This document shows, one piece after another, positions 29,222 through 38,395 of a stretch of DNA of 64,000 bases. The translations under genes were made by a program, and so were the position numbers. A model generated the notes under the pieces. It was given only the letters and a program-made list of their open reading frames with translations. It had not been told where the DNA came from and did no database searches. Position 1 is the stretch's first letter, and each line of letters begins with the position of its first letter. Origin of the DNA: Chloroflexota bacterium (GTDB taxonomy: Bacteria > Chloroflexota > UBA11872 > VXOZ01); assembly GCA_022824225.1 (NCBI GenBank), contig JAJEAH010000028.1:65766-129765 (forward strand). Reading direction: 5' to 3'.

Positions 29222-30361
29222 CTACCAGTCCGTTACCGAGCCGTCATCGCGACGCAGGCGGGCGTGTTCCCAATACTGGTATGAGTAGTCCTCTGCTGCA
29301 GCGAAATCGAGCTCAATGCCGATGCCCGGCACGTCGGCCGGGTAGAGATGTCCGGCTTCCACGCGGCACTGGGTGGGAAAGATGTCCGTCATGGCCGGCG
29401 GCACCATGGAGAGTTCCTGAATGCCGAAGTTGGGTATGGACATGTCGAGTTGCACGCTGGCCGCGGTATTGACCGGTCCCAGCGGGTTATGCAGGGCCGA
29501 GTCGATGTAGTGCACCTCGCTCATGGCGGCAATCTTCTTGCCTTCCGTGATCCCGCCCACCAGGCCGAGATCGGCGCGCATGTAGTCGATCCACTCGTTC
29601 TCGATGAGTTCGCGGAACTGCCACTTGGTGATGAGCTGCTCGCCGGTGGCGATGGGAACGCTGGTCTGCCGGCGCAGGTTGCCAAATGACTGCGGATTCT
29701 CTGAACGAATCGGGTCTTCGATGAAGAAGGGGCGCAGGGGCTCTAGCGCTTTGCAGATCTGTATCGCCCACGTGGGACTGAGGCGCGTGTGCACGTCCAG
29801 GGCAATTTCGATTTCGTCACCCACGGTCTCCCGCACCGCGCGAAACACCTCGATCGTCTTGCGCACGGCCCGCGAGGGTTCCAGGATGTCGCCCGGATCG
29901 GTGGGCAGACCAAACCGCACCACCTCAAAGCCTTCGTCCACACGGGCTTGGGCGGCTTGCGCAAACGATTCCGGGCTGCCGGTGCCGCCGCCAAAGTGGG
30001 CGTAGCAGCGCACCTTTTCGCGGGTCTTGCCCCCGAGCAATTGATAGGTAGGGACCCCGAGGGCCTTGCCGAGCAAGTCCCAAAGGGCGATGTCTAGGGC
30101 CGAAATTGCCGCCGTGAGCACCGGTCCCGCCCGCCAGAAGTTGCCCCGAAAGTGGTCCTGCCAGATGTGCTCGATGCGCGCGGGGTCCTGGCCGATGAGC
30201 AGCGGGCGGTAGTGCTCCACGGCCGCTGCAACGGCTTTGTCTTTGCCGGAACAGCCGGATTCGCCAATGCCGTAGAGGCCGTTCTCTTCGGTTACGGACA
30301 CGAAGGTGTAGTTGCGCGTCCCGTTGTTGACCGTGTGGGTTTGGACATCGCTGATCCTCAT
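29222..30361 (-). CDS. Enolase-superfamily dehydratase, D-mannonate/D-galactonate dehydratase (ManD/GalD) family
   Basis: MRISDVQTHTV... N-terminal capping domain, then barrel-domain metal ligands (ALDVHTRL..., FFIEDPI..., IATGEQL). Confidence 0.8.
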   Translation of the reverse strand: MRISDVQTHTVNNGTRNYTFVSVTEENGLYGIGESGCSGKDKAVAAAVEHYRPLLIGQDPARIEHIWQDHFRGNFWRAGPVLTAAISALDIALWDLLGKALGVPTYQLLGGKTREKVRCYAHFGGGTGSPESFAQAAQARVDEGFEVVRFGLPTDPGDILEPSRAVRKTIEVFRAVRETVGDEIEIALDVHTRLSPTWAIQICKALEPLRPFFIEDPIRSENPQSFGNLRRQTSVPIATGEQLITKWQFRELIENEWIDYMRADLGLVGGITEGKKIAAMSEVHYIDSALHNPLGPVNTAASVQLDMSIPNFGIQELSMVPPAMTDIFPTQCRVEAGHLYPADVPGIGIELDFAAAEDYSYQYWEHARLRRDDGSVTDW

Positions 30362-30419
30362 GTCATGCCTCCACGTTCAGCGTGTTTCTGTATGGAGAAA
30401 CTGGCGGTTACGGACACAT

Positions 30420-30700
30420 AGCCTCTCGTGCCATGAGGCGGTGACAAGCCCCGCGCTACGGCAAGCAAGTGGCTGACACGTAAGACAGTAGCACAGGTTT
30501 GGAACCTGTGCCCACCGGACCGCAGGGGACAGCGGAGGCAAGGGCGGTCATGGAGAAAACGTCTTGTGCCCGGAGGCGGGGGACAAGCCCCCGCGCTACG
30601 GCAACCAGAAGGGGTCTTTCCGATGAGTGGTTGCGTATGGCCGGTAGGGGCGCTTCGCGAAGCGCCCCTACTTCGCGAAGCGCCCCTACATCTACAATAG
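30420..30700. repeat. Intergenic repeat cluster: two ~60-nt direct repeats ending gacaagcccc(c)gcgctacggcaa, plus a duplicated perfect palindrome aggggcgcttcgcgaagcgcccct
   Basis: atggagaaac...gacaagccccgcgctacggcaa at about 30395-30460 recurs at about 30540-30600. The palindrome occurs twice at 30640-30690. Confidence 0.75.
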
Positions 30701-31855
30701 CTCTTGCAGCCGCTCCAGGGCTTCCTGCAGCTTCGCGCGGCTGGTGGCGTAGGACATGCGCAGGTAGCCGTCGGCGAGGAACGACGATCCCGGCACGGTG
30801 GCGATGTGGGCCTCCTGCAAGAGGCGATCGGCAACTGCCATGTCCTCTTCATCCCCTTTAACTTGTGGGAAGGCGTAGAACGCGCCGCCTGGCATGGCGC
30901 AGGAATAGCCGGCGTTTCGCAGTCCCTCGACCAGCAGCGAGCGCCGCTCTCTGAACTCCGCCACCATGTCCCGCACGCAGTCCTGTGGGCCGGTCAGCGC
31001 GGCGATGGCGGCCTTCTGTGCGGCGGACGTGGGATTGCTGGTGAGCTGGGTCATCAAGTCGTTGATCGCCTTGATCACGGGTTCCGGCCCGGCCACGTAC
31101 CCCAGCCGCCAGCCGGTCATGGCATAAGTCTTGGACACGGTATTCACGGTGATGACGTGGGCTTTTTCGTCCGCGCCCAATGATGCGGGCGAGAGGTGTG
31201 CGGCGTCACCGTAGATGAAGTGCTCATACGTCTCGTCGGCGATGAGGTAGATGCCCCGGGCCGCGCACTCCCGCGCCAACGTGCGCAATTCCTCCGGGGG
31301 GGCAACTTCTCCCGTGGGATTGCACGGTGAATTGATGAGGATTGCACGGGTGTTGGCGGTAACCCGCTCCAACAAGGGCGCAGCCGTGATAGAAAATGGC
31401 GACGCCAGCGGCACCGTTACCGGCGTGCCCTGCGCCAATTTGATTTGTTCGAGAAATGTGGGCCAGGTCGGGGCGTGAACAATCACTTCGTCGCCCGGGT
31501 TGCAGATGGCAAGGAAGACGTTGCAGACCGCTTGTTTGCCCCCCACGCACGCCACGACTTCAGAGGGACTATAGGAAACGCCGTTCTCCCGGGCGAGCTT
31601 GGCGGCAATCGCCTCCTTGAGCTCGGGGATGCCGCCGGCGGGCGTATATTTGTTGAATCCGTCCTGAATAGCGCCGATGGCTGCTGCTTTGATGTGCTCA
31701 GGGGTATCGAAGTCCGGTTCACCGACGGAGAGATTGATAACGTCGATGCCCGACTGGACCATCGCCTTGGCCTTGGCGTCCATGGCCATGGTGGGGGACG
31801 GGGTCAAGGCCAAGATGCGGTCTGCTACTGCCTGCGCGGTGCCGGGGGGTGCCAC
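30692..31855 (-). CDS. Class I/II pyridoxal-phosphate aminotransferase (aspartate aminotransferase-like)
   Basis: AVADRILALTPSPTMAMDAKAKAMVQSGIDVINLSVGEPDFDTP; SKTYAMTGWRLGY PLP-lysine region. Confidence 0.9.
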   Translation of the reverse strand: MAPPGTAQAVADRILALTPSPTMAMDAKAKAMVQSGIDVINLSVGEPDFDTPEHIKAAAIGAIQDGFNKYTPAGGIPELKEAIAAKLARENGVSYSPSEVVACVGGKQAVCNVFLAICNPGDEVIVHAPTWPTFLEQIKLAQGTPVTVPLASPFSITAAPLLERVTANTRAILINSPCNPTGEVAPPEELRTLARECAARGIYLIADETYEHFIYGDAAHLSPASLGADEKAHVITVNTVSKTYAMTGWRLGYVAGPEPVIKAINDLMTQLTSNPTSAAQKAAIAALTGPQDCVRDMVAEFRERRSLLVEGLRNAGYSCAMPGGAFYAFPQVKGDEEDMAVADRLLQEAHIATVPGSSFLADGYLRMSYATSRAKLQEALERLQELL

Positions 31856-32019
31856 GAGCGGTTTGCCTCCAAATCATCACACGTAATGAGAGCTTCTCCG
31901 GTGATTATATATCCACGCGGGGGCATAGGGAAAAAACACGGTCGAACACGCCGCCCCAGAATGGACGCCAGCCAAGCGATCGCCGTCCCGCAGGGAGCCG
32001 CACGGGGAATGCCGCGCCG

Positions 32020-33084
32020 CTAGCGGGTAAACAGGATGTAGAGCACGTCGCCGTCCTGTACCACGTAGTCTCGCCCTTCCTGGCGCACCAGGCCGCGCTT
32101 GCGAGCGTCACCGTAGCCGTTGCGCGCCACCAGTTGCTCCCAGGAAATCACCTCCGCTCGGGCAAAGCCCCGCGCCATGTCGGTGTGAATTTTTCCGGCG
32201 GCGTCCTGCGCCCGCGTGCCTTGCGGTATCGCCCAGGCGCGCACTTCTTCTTCATTGATGGTAAAGAAGTGGATGAGGCCCAGCAAGGCGTGGGACTCGC
32301 GCACCACCTGCGCCGCGCCGGGTTCCTCGATGCCGATGTCCTCGCGAAAGAGCGCAGCGTCAGCGGGCGGCAGTTCGGCGCACTCCATCTCCAACTGCCC
32401 GCAGAGACCGATGAAAGACGTTAGCGGGTGGGCATAGGCGGACCGCAGCCCGGACGCCAGAGCCGCCGCGCGCGGCAACTGTGCCTCTGAGAGATTGAGC
32501 GCTACCAACGTGGGCTTCAGCGTGAGCAACTGGAACCCGCGGACCGTCTGCTCTTCTTCCCGGCTCAAGTCCAGGGCCCGCACCGGCAGCCCTTGTTCCA
32601 GTCCCTCACGCAGGCGCGACAACAGCCCCTGTTCGTGTTCCAGGTGACGCCGTTCCACGGCGGGAGCGGTGCGCAACTGCGGTCCCAGCCGGGCCAGGCG
32701 GTTCTCGATGACCTGTAGATCGGGAAGCACAAGATCGAGGCGTATGCTCTCGAGTTCTTCTTCCGGGCTTTGGGTTTCATTGAAGGCGCCGAGCACGACG
32801 AGCAGGGCGTCCGCGGTGCGCAACGTGCCCACCCAGGCGGCTTCTTTTTCGCGTCTGCCAAAGCCGGCGCCGGGGAAGTCGAGATACTGGACTTCGGTGG
32901 GGATGCAGCGCTCGGTAGCAAACAGCGTACAGAGCGCCTCCAGACGCGGGTCGCGGAGGCTTACGGTGGCGAGCGTGGGCTCCAAGCCGTGGGACTCCTG
33001 CCGGTGCTCAGCCGCGCCGGCGGCTATGGCGTGGAAGACGGTGGTCTTGCCGGCAAACGGGAGACCGACGATGCCGATCTGCAT
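32020..33084 (-). CDS. ychF: Ribosome-binding ATPase YchF (Obg-family GTPase/ATPase with C-terminal TGS domain)
   Basis: Starts MQIGIVGLPFAGKTTVFHAI (P-loop) preceded by AGGAGCGG. C-terminal TGS-like domain (...GRDYVVQDGDVLYILF). The longer upstream ORF extension was rejected. Confidence 0.9.
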   Translation of the reverse strand: MQIGIVGLPFAGKTTVFHAIAAGAAEHRQESHGLEPTLATVSLRDPRLEALCTLFATERCIPTEVQYLDFPGAGFGRREKEAAWVGTLRTADALLVVLGAFNETQSPEEELESIRLDLVLPDLQVIENRLARLGPQLRTAPAVERRHLEHEQGLLSRLREGLEQGLPVRALDLSREEEQTVRGFQLLTLKPTLVALNLSEAQLPRAAALASGLRSAYAHPLTSFIGLCGQLEMECAELPPADAALFREDIGIEEPGAAQVVRESHALLGLIHFFTINEEEVRAWAIPQGTRAQDAAGKIHTDMARGFARAEVISWEQLVARNGYGDARKRGLVRQEGRDYVVQDGDVLYILFTR

Positions 33085-33484
33085 CGCTGCGCCGCTCCTA
33101 GCTGGTTGGCGGAACACTGACGGGGGCAACGGGGCCCACGCTCCCTCACCATAGCACACGCCATGCGCACAAGAGTTAGAGCGCCGGGAGAAGCGCGGTC
33201 ACTCTCTTACGCGGTCGCGAGGCCTGTTAGCGCACGGCCGCAGCCCGGCGCCTATGGGGCATTGTATGGCGCGTGCAATGAGGTGGCAATTCGATTTGTT
33301 CCTCCGGGCTGCCTGCGCTATCATCTCTGTAACGTTCGGGCAAGTCCGCGGCGCTATCGGCGTCTAGGGCTTGGCAGCCGATGGTTGGTAGCGGCCTGAA
33401 GCCGTCTATTGTAAATGAAAGACTACGAGCGCCCTCGCCGGATTGCGGCAGGCGTGTAAGAGGTACGGGAACGGAGGCGAGAGC

Positions 33485-34246
33485 ATGTTTGGTTGGCGCG
33501 GTCGCATCGGTCTACTCGTGCCGTCGGTGAACACGGTGGTGGAGCCCGAAGGATGTGCGTTACTGCCGGAAGGGTTTTCCGTTTTCGCCACGCGCATGCG
33601 CAATTCCCGCTCGGATGCGGACGACATGGCGCAAATGTGCCAACACGTCGATCGCGGCGTGGATGAACTCCTCAGCGCCCAGGTGGACGTCATCGCCTTT
33701 GCTTGCACGGCGGGCAGTTTCTTTCAGGGAGCAGGGGGTGAAGAGTCACTGCGCGCGCGGCTGCGGGGCGGCAGCCAGGTGCGCACTGTAACCACGGCCG
33801 GCGCCGTGGCCGGCGCTTTGCGCGCGCTGGGCGCGCAGCGTGTTGCCATGGTGACGCCCTACATACCGGAGCTGAATGCGCTGGAGGTCGCGTTTCTCCA
33901 GGACTGGGGATTCGACGTGGTGAGCCAGGCGGGCATGGGCATTCTGACTGCCTTTGACATAGGTGTCGTGCCGTTGGCGGAAACCTACCGCTTTGCGCGC
34001 GACCACGTTGCCGCAACCTTGGCCCAGTCACCGGACGTGGATGCGCTTTTCATCAGTTGCACGAACCTGCGCACGCTGGACGTCATCCAGGCGCTGGAAG
34101 AAGACCTCGGCATCCCGGTTGTGACCAGCAATCAAGCCACGTACTGGCAAAGCCTGCGCACGCTGGGGCATTCTGCCCCCATTCCCGGCTACGGGCGGTT
34201 GTTCGAACTGTCTCCTGTCGCGGCGCCGCTGCCTGTGACGGTCTAG
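33485..34246 (+). CDS. Asp/Glu/hydantoin racemase-superfamily enzyme (hydantoin racemase / maleate isomerase / arylmalonate decarboxylase-like), with two conserved Cys
   Basis: MFGWRGRIGLLVPSVNTVVEPE...IAFACTAGSF...LFISCTNLRT. GGAGG ribosome-binding site before this ATG. Confidence 0.7.
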   Translation: MFGWRGRIGLLVPSVNTVVEPEGCALLPEGFSVFATRMRNSRSDADDMAQMCQHVDRGVDELLSAQVDVIAFACTAGSFFQGAGGEESLRARLRGGSQVRTVTTAGAVAGALRALGAQRVAMVTPYIPELNALEVAFLQDWGFDVVSQAGMGILTAFDIGVVPLAETYRFARDHVAATLAQSPDVDALFISCTNLRTLDVIQALEEDLGIPVVTSNQATYWQSLRTLGHSAPIPGYGRLFELSPVAAPLPVTV

Positions 34247-34249
34247 GCA

Positions 34250-36343
34250 GTGCCCGTGGATTCAGCGCTGCGCGTCGGTGTGGACATAGGGGGCACCTTC
34301 ACCGACCTTGTCTTCATGGATGCCCAGGGCCTGCGCGCGTGGACCAAGGTCTCTTCCACCACTGACGACTTTGCCCAAGGCATCGTGCAGGGCTTTGATG
34401 CCCTCGTCCGCGATACGGGGGCCGCCCATGGGGATATTCGCGAGGTCATTCACGCCACGACCATCGCGACGAACGCCATTTTGGAAGCAAAGGGCGCGCC
34501 CACGGGTCTGATTACGTCCGTGGGCTTCCGCGACGTGTTGGAAATCCGCCGCCTGCGCATGCCGCGCCTCTACGACCTGCATTGGGAACCCCCGCCGCCG
34601 CTGGTGCCGCGAGCGCTGCGGCGCGAGGTGGACGAGCGCATCGACACCCACGGTGAGGTGGTGCGGGAGTTGGATGAAGCGAGTGTGCACGCGGCCCTCG
34701 ACCACCTGCTGAACGCGGGCGTGCGCTCCATCGCCGTGTGCCTCATCAACGCGTACCGCAATGCGGAACACGAAGAGCGGATCGGCGCGCTGCTGCAGGC
34801 CGCGGCCCCGGACGTGTTCGTCTCACTCTCTTCTCGCGTCTTACCCGAAATTCGCGAGTACGAGCGCACGAGCACCACCGTCATCAACGCCTACATCGCT
34901 CCCGTCATGCGCTCGTACCTCCAACGGCTGGACGACGCGTTTGCGGAACGGCAGGTCGGCGCGCCGGTGTACATGATGCAGTCCGGCGGCGGCATGATGG
35001 GGGCTGCCAAGGCGGCGGAACAACCCATCCACGTCATCGAGTCCGGCCCCGCGGCCGGTGTAATGGGCGCACTTTCATTGGCCAACGCTATGGAGGCGGC
35101 CAACGCAATCACGCTGGACATGGGCGGCACCACGGCCAAAGCCTCGGTGATCGAAGACGGCCGCATCACGCGCACGAATGACTACGAGGTAGGCGGCGGC
35201 ATCAGCCTGAGCGCGCGTTTGCAGCGCGGCGCGGGCTATGCGCTGCGGGTGCCCGCCATCGACATAGCTGAGGTCGGCGCCGGCGGTGGCAGCGTCGCGT
35301 GGATCGATCCCGCTGGTGGGCTGCGTGTCGGACCCCATAGCGCCGGCGCCGAACCCGGCCCGGTGTGCTACGCCCAGGGCGGGTCAGAGCCGACGCTCAC
35401 GGACGCCAACGTGGCACTGGGCTACCTGAACCCGACGCACTTCTTGGGCGGTGAATTACCCATAGACGCTGCCCGCGCCCGCGCCACCTTGGAAGAGAAA
35501 CTGGCCGCGCCTCTTGGCCTCAGTGTCGAAGAGGCCGCCCTCGGCATCCATCGCATCGCGGTCTCGCACATGAGCCGCGCCGTGCGGGCGGTCACGGTGG
35601 AACGCGGGCGTTCGCCGGCGGACTTCGTGCTGTTTGCGTTTGGCGGCAGCGGCCCGCTCCATGCCGCCGAAATGGCGCGAGAGCTTGGCGTCCGGCAAGT
35701 CGTCGTGCCGCCGTTTCCGGGTTTGTTTAGCTCCCTCGGTCTCTTGTGTGTCGATGTCTCCCAACACGCCGTGCAGACCGTGCTCCTGCCGCTGGACACA
35801 GTGAGCGAAGAGGAAGTCAACCGGCAGTATGGTGAACTAGAATCTCGCTTGGCGGGCGAGCTTGGCGTTGACGGTGACGTGCGGCAACAGGGAGAGTGGC
35901 AGCGGTTTGCGGACTTGCGCTATGCTGGACAGTCCTTCGAGCTTACGATTCCCTTGCGAGAGTTACGGCCTGAGCAGATGCGCGAGGCCTTCGAGCGCGA
36001 GCACGAACGCACGTATGGGCATAAGGCCCCCGATGATCCCGTGGAGCTTGTGAACCTCCGGGTCGAGGTGACGCTGCCGCGTGAAGGAGCGCACCGTTGG
36101 GGAGGCGCGGCTGCACGGAAGAGCGCGCCGCAAGGTCCGCGAGAACGCCTGGCGTACTTTGGCGCGGCAAGCGGCGAGCGGGCAGCGCCGTTACTGACAC
36201 GGGATGAGCTAGGCACAGCCGCGCGACCCGGCCCGTTAGTCATTGAGGAGTACGACACGACCATCCTGGTACCCCCTGGGTGCAGCGCAAAACGCGATGC
36301 CTGGGATAACGTGGTGATCGATGTGGGGGAGGAACCCGCATGA
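34250..36343 (+). CDS. hyuA: Hydantoinase A / 5-oxoprolinase-like ATP-dependent hydrolase, subunit A
   Basis: N-terminal VGVDIGGTFTDLVF; full-length HyuA-family architecture. Confidence 0.85.
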   Translation: MPVDSALRVGVDIGGTFTDLVFMDAQGLRAWTKVSSTTDDFAQGIVQGFDALVRDTGAAHGDIREVIHATTIATNAILEAKGAPTGLITSVGFRDVLEIRRLRMPRLYDLHWEPPPPLVPRALRREVDERIDTHGEVVRELDEASVHAALDHLLNAGVRSIAVCLINAYRNAEHEERIGALLQAAAPDVFVSLSSRVLPEIREYERTSTTVINAYIAPVMRSYLQRLDDAFAERQVGAPVYMMQSGGGMMGAAKAAEQPIHVIESGPAAGVMGALSLANAMEAANAITLDMGGTTAKASVIEDGRITRTNDYEVGGGISLSARLQRGAGYALRVPAIDIAEVGAGGGSVAWIDPAGGLRVGPHSAGAEPGPVCYAQGGSEPTLTDANVALGYLNPTHFLGGELPIDAARARATLEEKLAAPLGLSVEEAALGIHRIAVSHMSRAVRAVTVERGRSPADFVLFAFGGSGPLHAAEMARELGVRQVVVPPFPGLFSSLGLLCVDVSQHAVQTVLLPLDTVSEEEVNRQYGELESRLAGELGVDGDVRQQGEWQRFADLRYAGQSFELTIPLRELRPEQMREAFEREHERTYGHKAPDDPVELVNLRVEVTLPREGAHRWGGAAARKSAPQGPRERLAYFGAASGERAAPLLTRDELGTAARPGPLVIEEYDTTILVPPGCSAKRDAWDNVVIDVGEEPA

Positions 36344-38061
36344 GCCGAGAGTTCGATCCGGTTGAAACGGAAATCCTCAAGAACGCGCTGGAATCGCTGG
36401 TGGATGAGATGGCGATGACGGTGCTGCGCACGGCGTATTCGAACAATCTCAAGAACAGCATGGACTTTTCCACCGCGCTCTGCCAACCCAGCGGCGAACT
36501 CATTGCCCAAGGACTCACGCTGCCGCTGCATCTCGGTTCGGTGCCCCACGCCATGGAGAGCATCTTCGCGACGTTTGGCGGCGACGTGCAGCCCGGCGAC
36601 GTCTACATGCTCAACGATCCCTACGCGGGCGGCACGCACCTGCCCGACATCTACATCTTCAAGCCTGTGTTTCTCGACGGCATCTTAGCTTGCTACTTGG
36701 TTTCTATTGCCCACCACGCCGACGTGGGCGGCATGGTGGCGGGCGGCAACGGCTGCGACGCTACCGAGATCTTCCAGGAAGGGATCCGCATCCCGCCGCT
36801 CAAGCTCTATGCCGCCGGTGAACCGAACGAGGCCGTTTTTGAGCTGATGCGGGCAAACGTGCGCGTGCCGCGGCTGGTGTTAGGCGATCTTCGCGCCCAA
36901 CTTTCGGCCTGTCACGTGGGCGAACGGCGTGTGAAGACGCTCTTTGCGCGCTACGGCCACGACGAATTACAGGCGCGATTCTCCGCACTGCTCGGCTACA
37001 CGGAACGGCTGGCGCGGCAGGCCATCGCCGACTTGCCCGATGGCGAATACGCCTTTACCGACTATCTGGACGATGACGGGTTCGATCCGGGACCGATTCC
37101 CATCGCGGTGACCGTGCGCGTGCATGGCGACGACATGACGGTGGACTTCACCGGCACGGCGCCGCAGGTGCGCGGCGGCATCAATTCGCCCATTCCCTTT
37201 ACGCGCTCGGCGGTCTACGCCTGTGTGCGCAGCTTGATGGGAGAGGAGATTCCGAATAACGAGGGCTATTTTCGACCCATCGAGGTGATTGCGCCCGAAA
37301 GTTCCGTCATAAATCCCAGTATGCCCGCGCCGGTGGCGGCCCGCGGCCTTACGGGCTACCGCACCGCCAATGCCGTCATGGGCGCCCTGGCTAAGCTGGC
37401 CCCCGAACGCATTCCGGCTTGCGAGGTTGGCGGCGACACCGGCGTCAGTATCGGCGGCTACGACGACGACGGCAATCCCTTTGTCTACCTCGAATTCCTC
37501 TTTGGCTCATGGGGAGGCAAGCCCTGGAGCGACGGGACGGATGCCATGGCGAGCATCGTGGTGAATTTCTCGAACAACCCGGTGGAAGTGGTGGAAGCCG
37601 AGTTGCCTTTGCGCATCGAACGCTACGGCTACGTGCCGGATACGGAAGGCGCCGGCACGTATCGCGGCGGCTTGGCGCTGGCGCGGGACTATCGGCTGCT
37701 GGAGCGGCGCGCGACGCTGCAACTCCGTTCGGATCGACATAAAACCGAGGCATACGGCCTGGCCGGCGGCAGGCCCGGCGCGCCCTCGCAGAACATCCTG
37801 AACCCGGACACCGAGGGCCGCGTGCTCACCAGCAAGGCGACGAAAACGATCTATCGGGACGATCTCTTTCGTCACGTGGTCTCGGGCGCCGGCGGGTGGG
37901 GCGATCCGCTGGCGCGAGACCCGGAGTTGGTCCTAGATGACGTGCGGAACGAAAAAGTGTCACGCGAACGCGCCCGGAACGTCTACGGCGTGGTGGTTAC
38001 GGATGCCGGTGAGCTCGACCGGGAGGCGACGGCACGCTGCCGTCAACCGGAAAGTCGCTGA
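36340..38061 (+). CDS. hyuB: Hydantoinase B / 5-oxoprolinase-like, subunit B
   Basis: MSREFDPVETEILKNALESLVDEMAMTVLRTAYSNNLKNSMDFSTAL. ATGA start/stop overlap with hyuA. Confidence 0.85.
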   Translation: MSREFDPVETEILKNALESLVDEMAMTVLRTAYSNNLKNSMDFSTALCQPSGELIAQGLTLPLHLGSVPHAMESIFATFGGDVQPGDVYMLNDPYAGGTHLPDIYIFKPVFLDGILACYLVSIAHHADVGGMVAGGNGCDATEIFQEGIRIPPLKLYAAGEPNEAVFELMRANVRVPRLVLGDLRAQLSACHVGERRVKTLFARYGHDELQARFSALLGYTERLARQAIADLPDGEYAFTDYLDDDGFDPGPIPIAVTVRVHGDDMTVDFTGTAPQVRGGINSPIPFTRSAVYACVRSLMGEEIPNNEGYFRPIEVIAPESSVINPSMPAPVAARGLTGYRTANAVMGALAKLAPERIPACEVGGDTGVSIGGYDDDGNPFVYLEFLFGSWGGKPWSDGTDAMASIVVNFSNNPVEVVEAELPLRIERYGYVPDTEGAGTYRGGLALARDYRLLERRATLQLRSDRHKTEAYGLAGGRPGAPSQNILNPDTEGRVLTSKATKTIYRDDLFRHVVSGAGGWGDPLARDPELVLDDVRNEKVSRERARNVYGVVVTDAGELDREATARCRQPESR

Positions 38062-38094
38062 GGTGCTGCGCCATAGAGGCCCAGTTCTCTGATT

Positions 38095-38200
38095 TCCCAA
38101 CACTTGTGCCTGCCCAACACTTGCGTCCACCCTACTTCTCTAACCACCCTACATTTGTGCCCGCCCTACACTCGTGACCACCCTACACTATGTACCCGCC
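38095..38200. repeat. Degenerate 17-bp tandem repeat, about 6 copies (ccctacacttgtgccc-like), in a convergent intergenic region
   Basis: The units begin at 38095, 38112, 38129, 38146, 38163 and 38180. Confidence 0.7.
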
Positions 38201-38222
38201 CTACAAGAAGGGTGTTGACGAG

Positions 38223-38265
38223 CGTATCCGTTCGTCCTGAGCCTGTCGAAGGACGAACGGATACG
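38223..38265. repeat. Perfect 15-bp-stem hairpin (cgtatccgttcgtcc / ggacgaacggatacg). Belongs to the ttcgacaggctcag repeat family also seen at 55650 and 44400.
   Basis: Exact inverted repeat. The loop region gagcctgtcgaa is shared with the 55643-55776 tandem unit (reverse complement). Confidence 0.7.
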
Positions 38266-38395
38266 CGCGCTTGACACCCACATAGAGCCTGCTTACAGTC
38301 GTTGTTCCCCACGACCAACGTTCGTCCCCGTATCAAGCACGGGGCAGGCTCCTAGCCTGTCAAAGGATAAACGGATACGTTCGCTAGACACCTTC

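Noticed and set aside
32020-33159. Longer 379-aa version of ychF starting at 33159
   Set aside because: The conserved P-loop N-terminus MQIGIVGLP begins at the internal ATG (33084), which has its own AGGAGCGG ribosome-binding site. The upstream extension is non-conserved.
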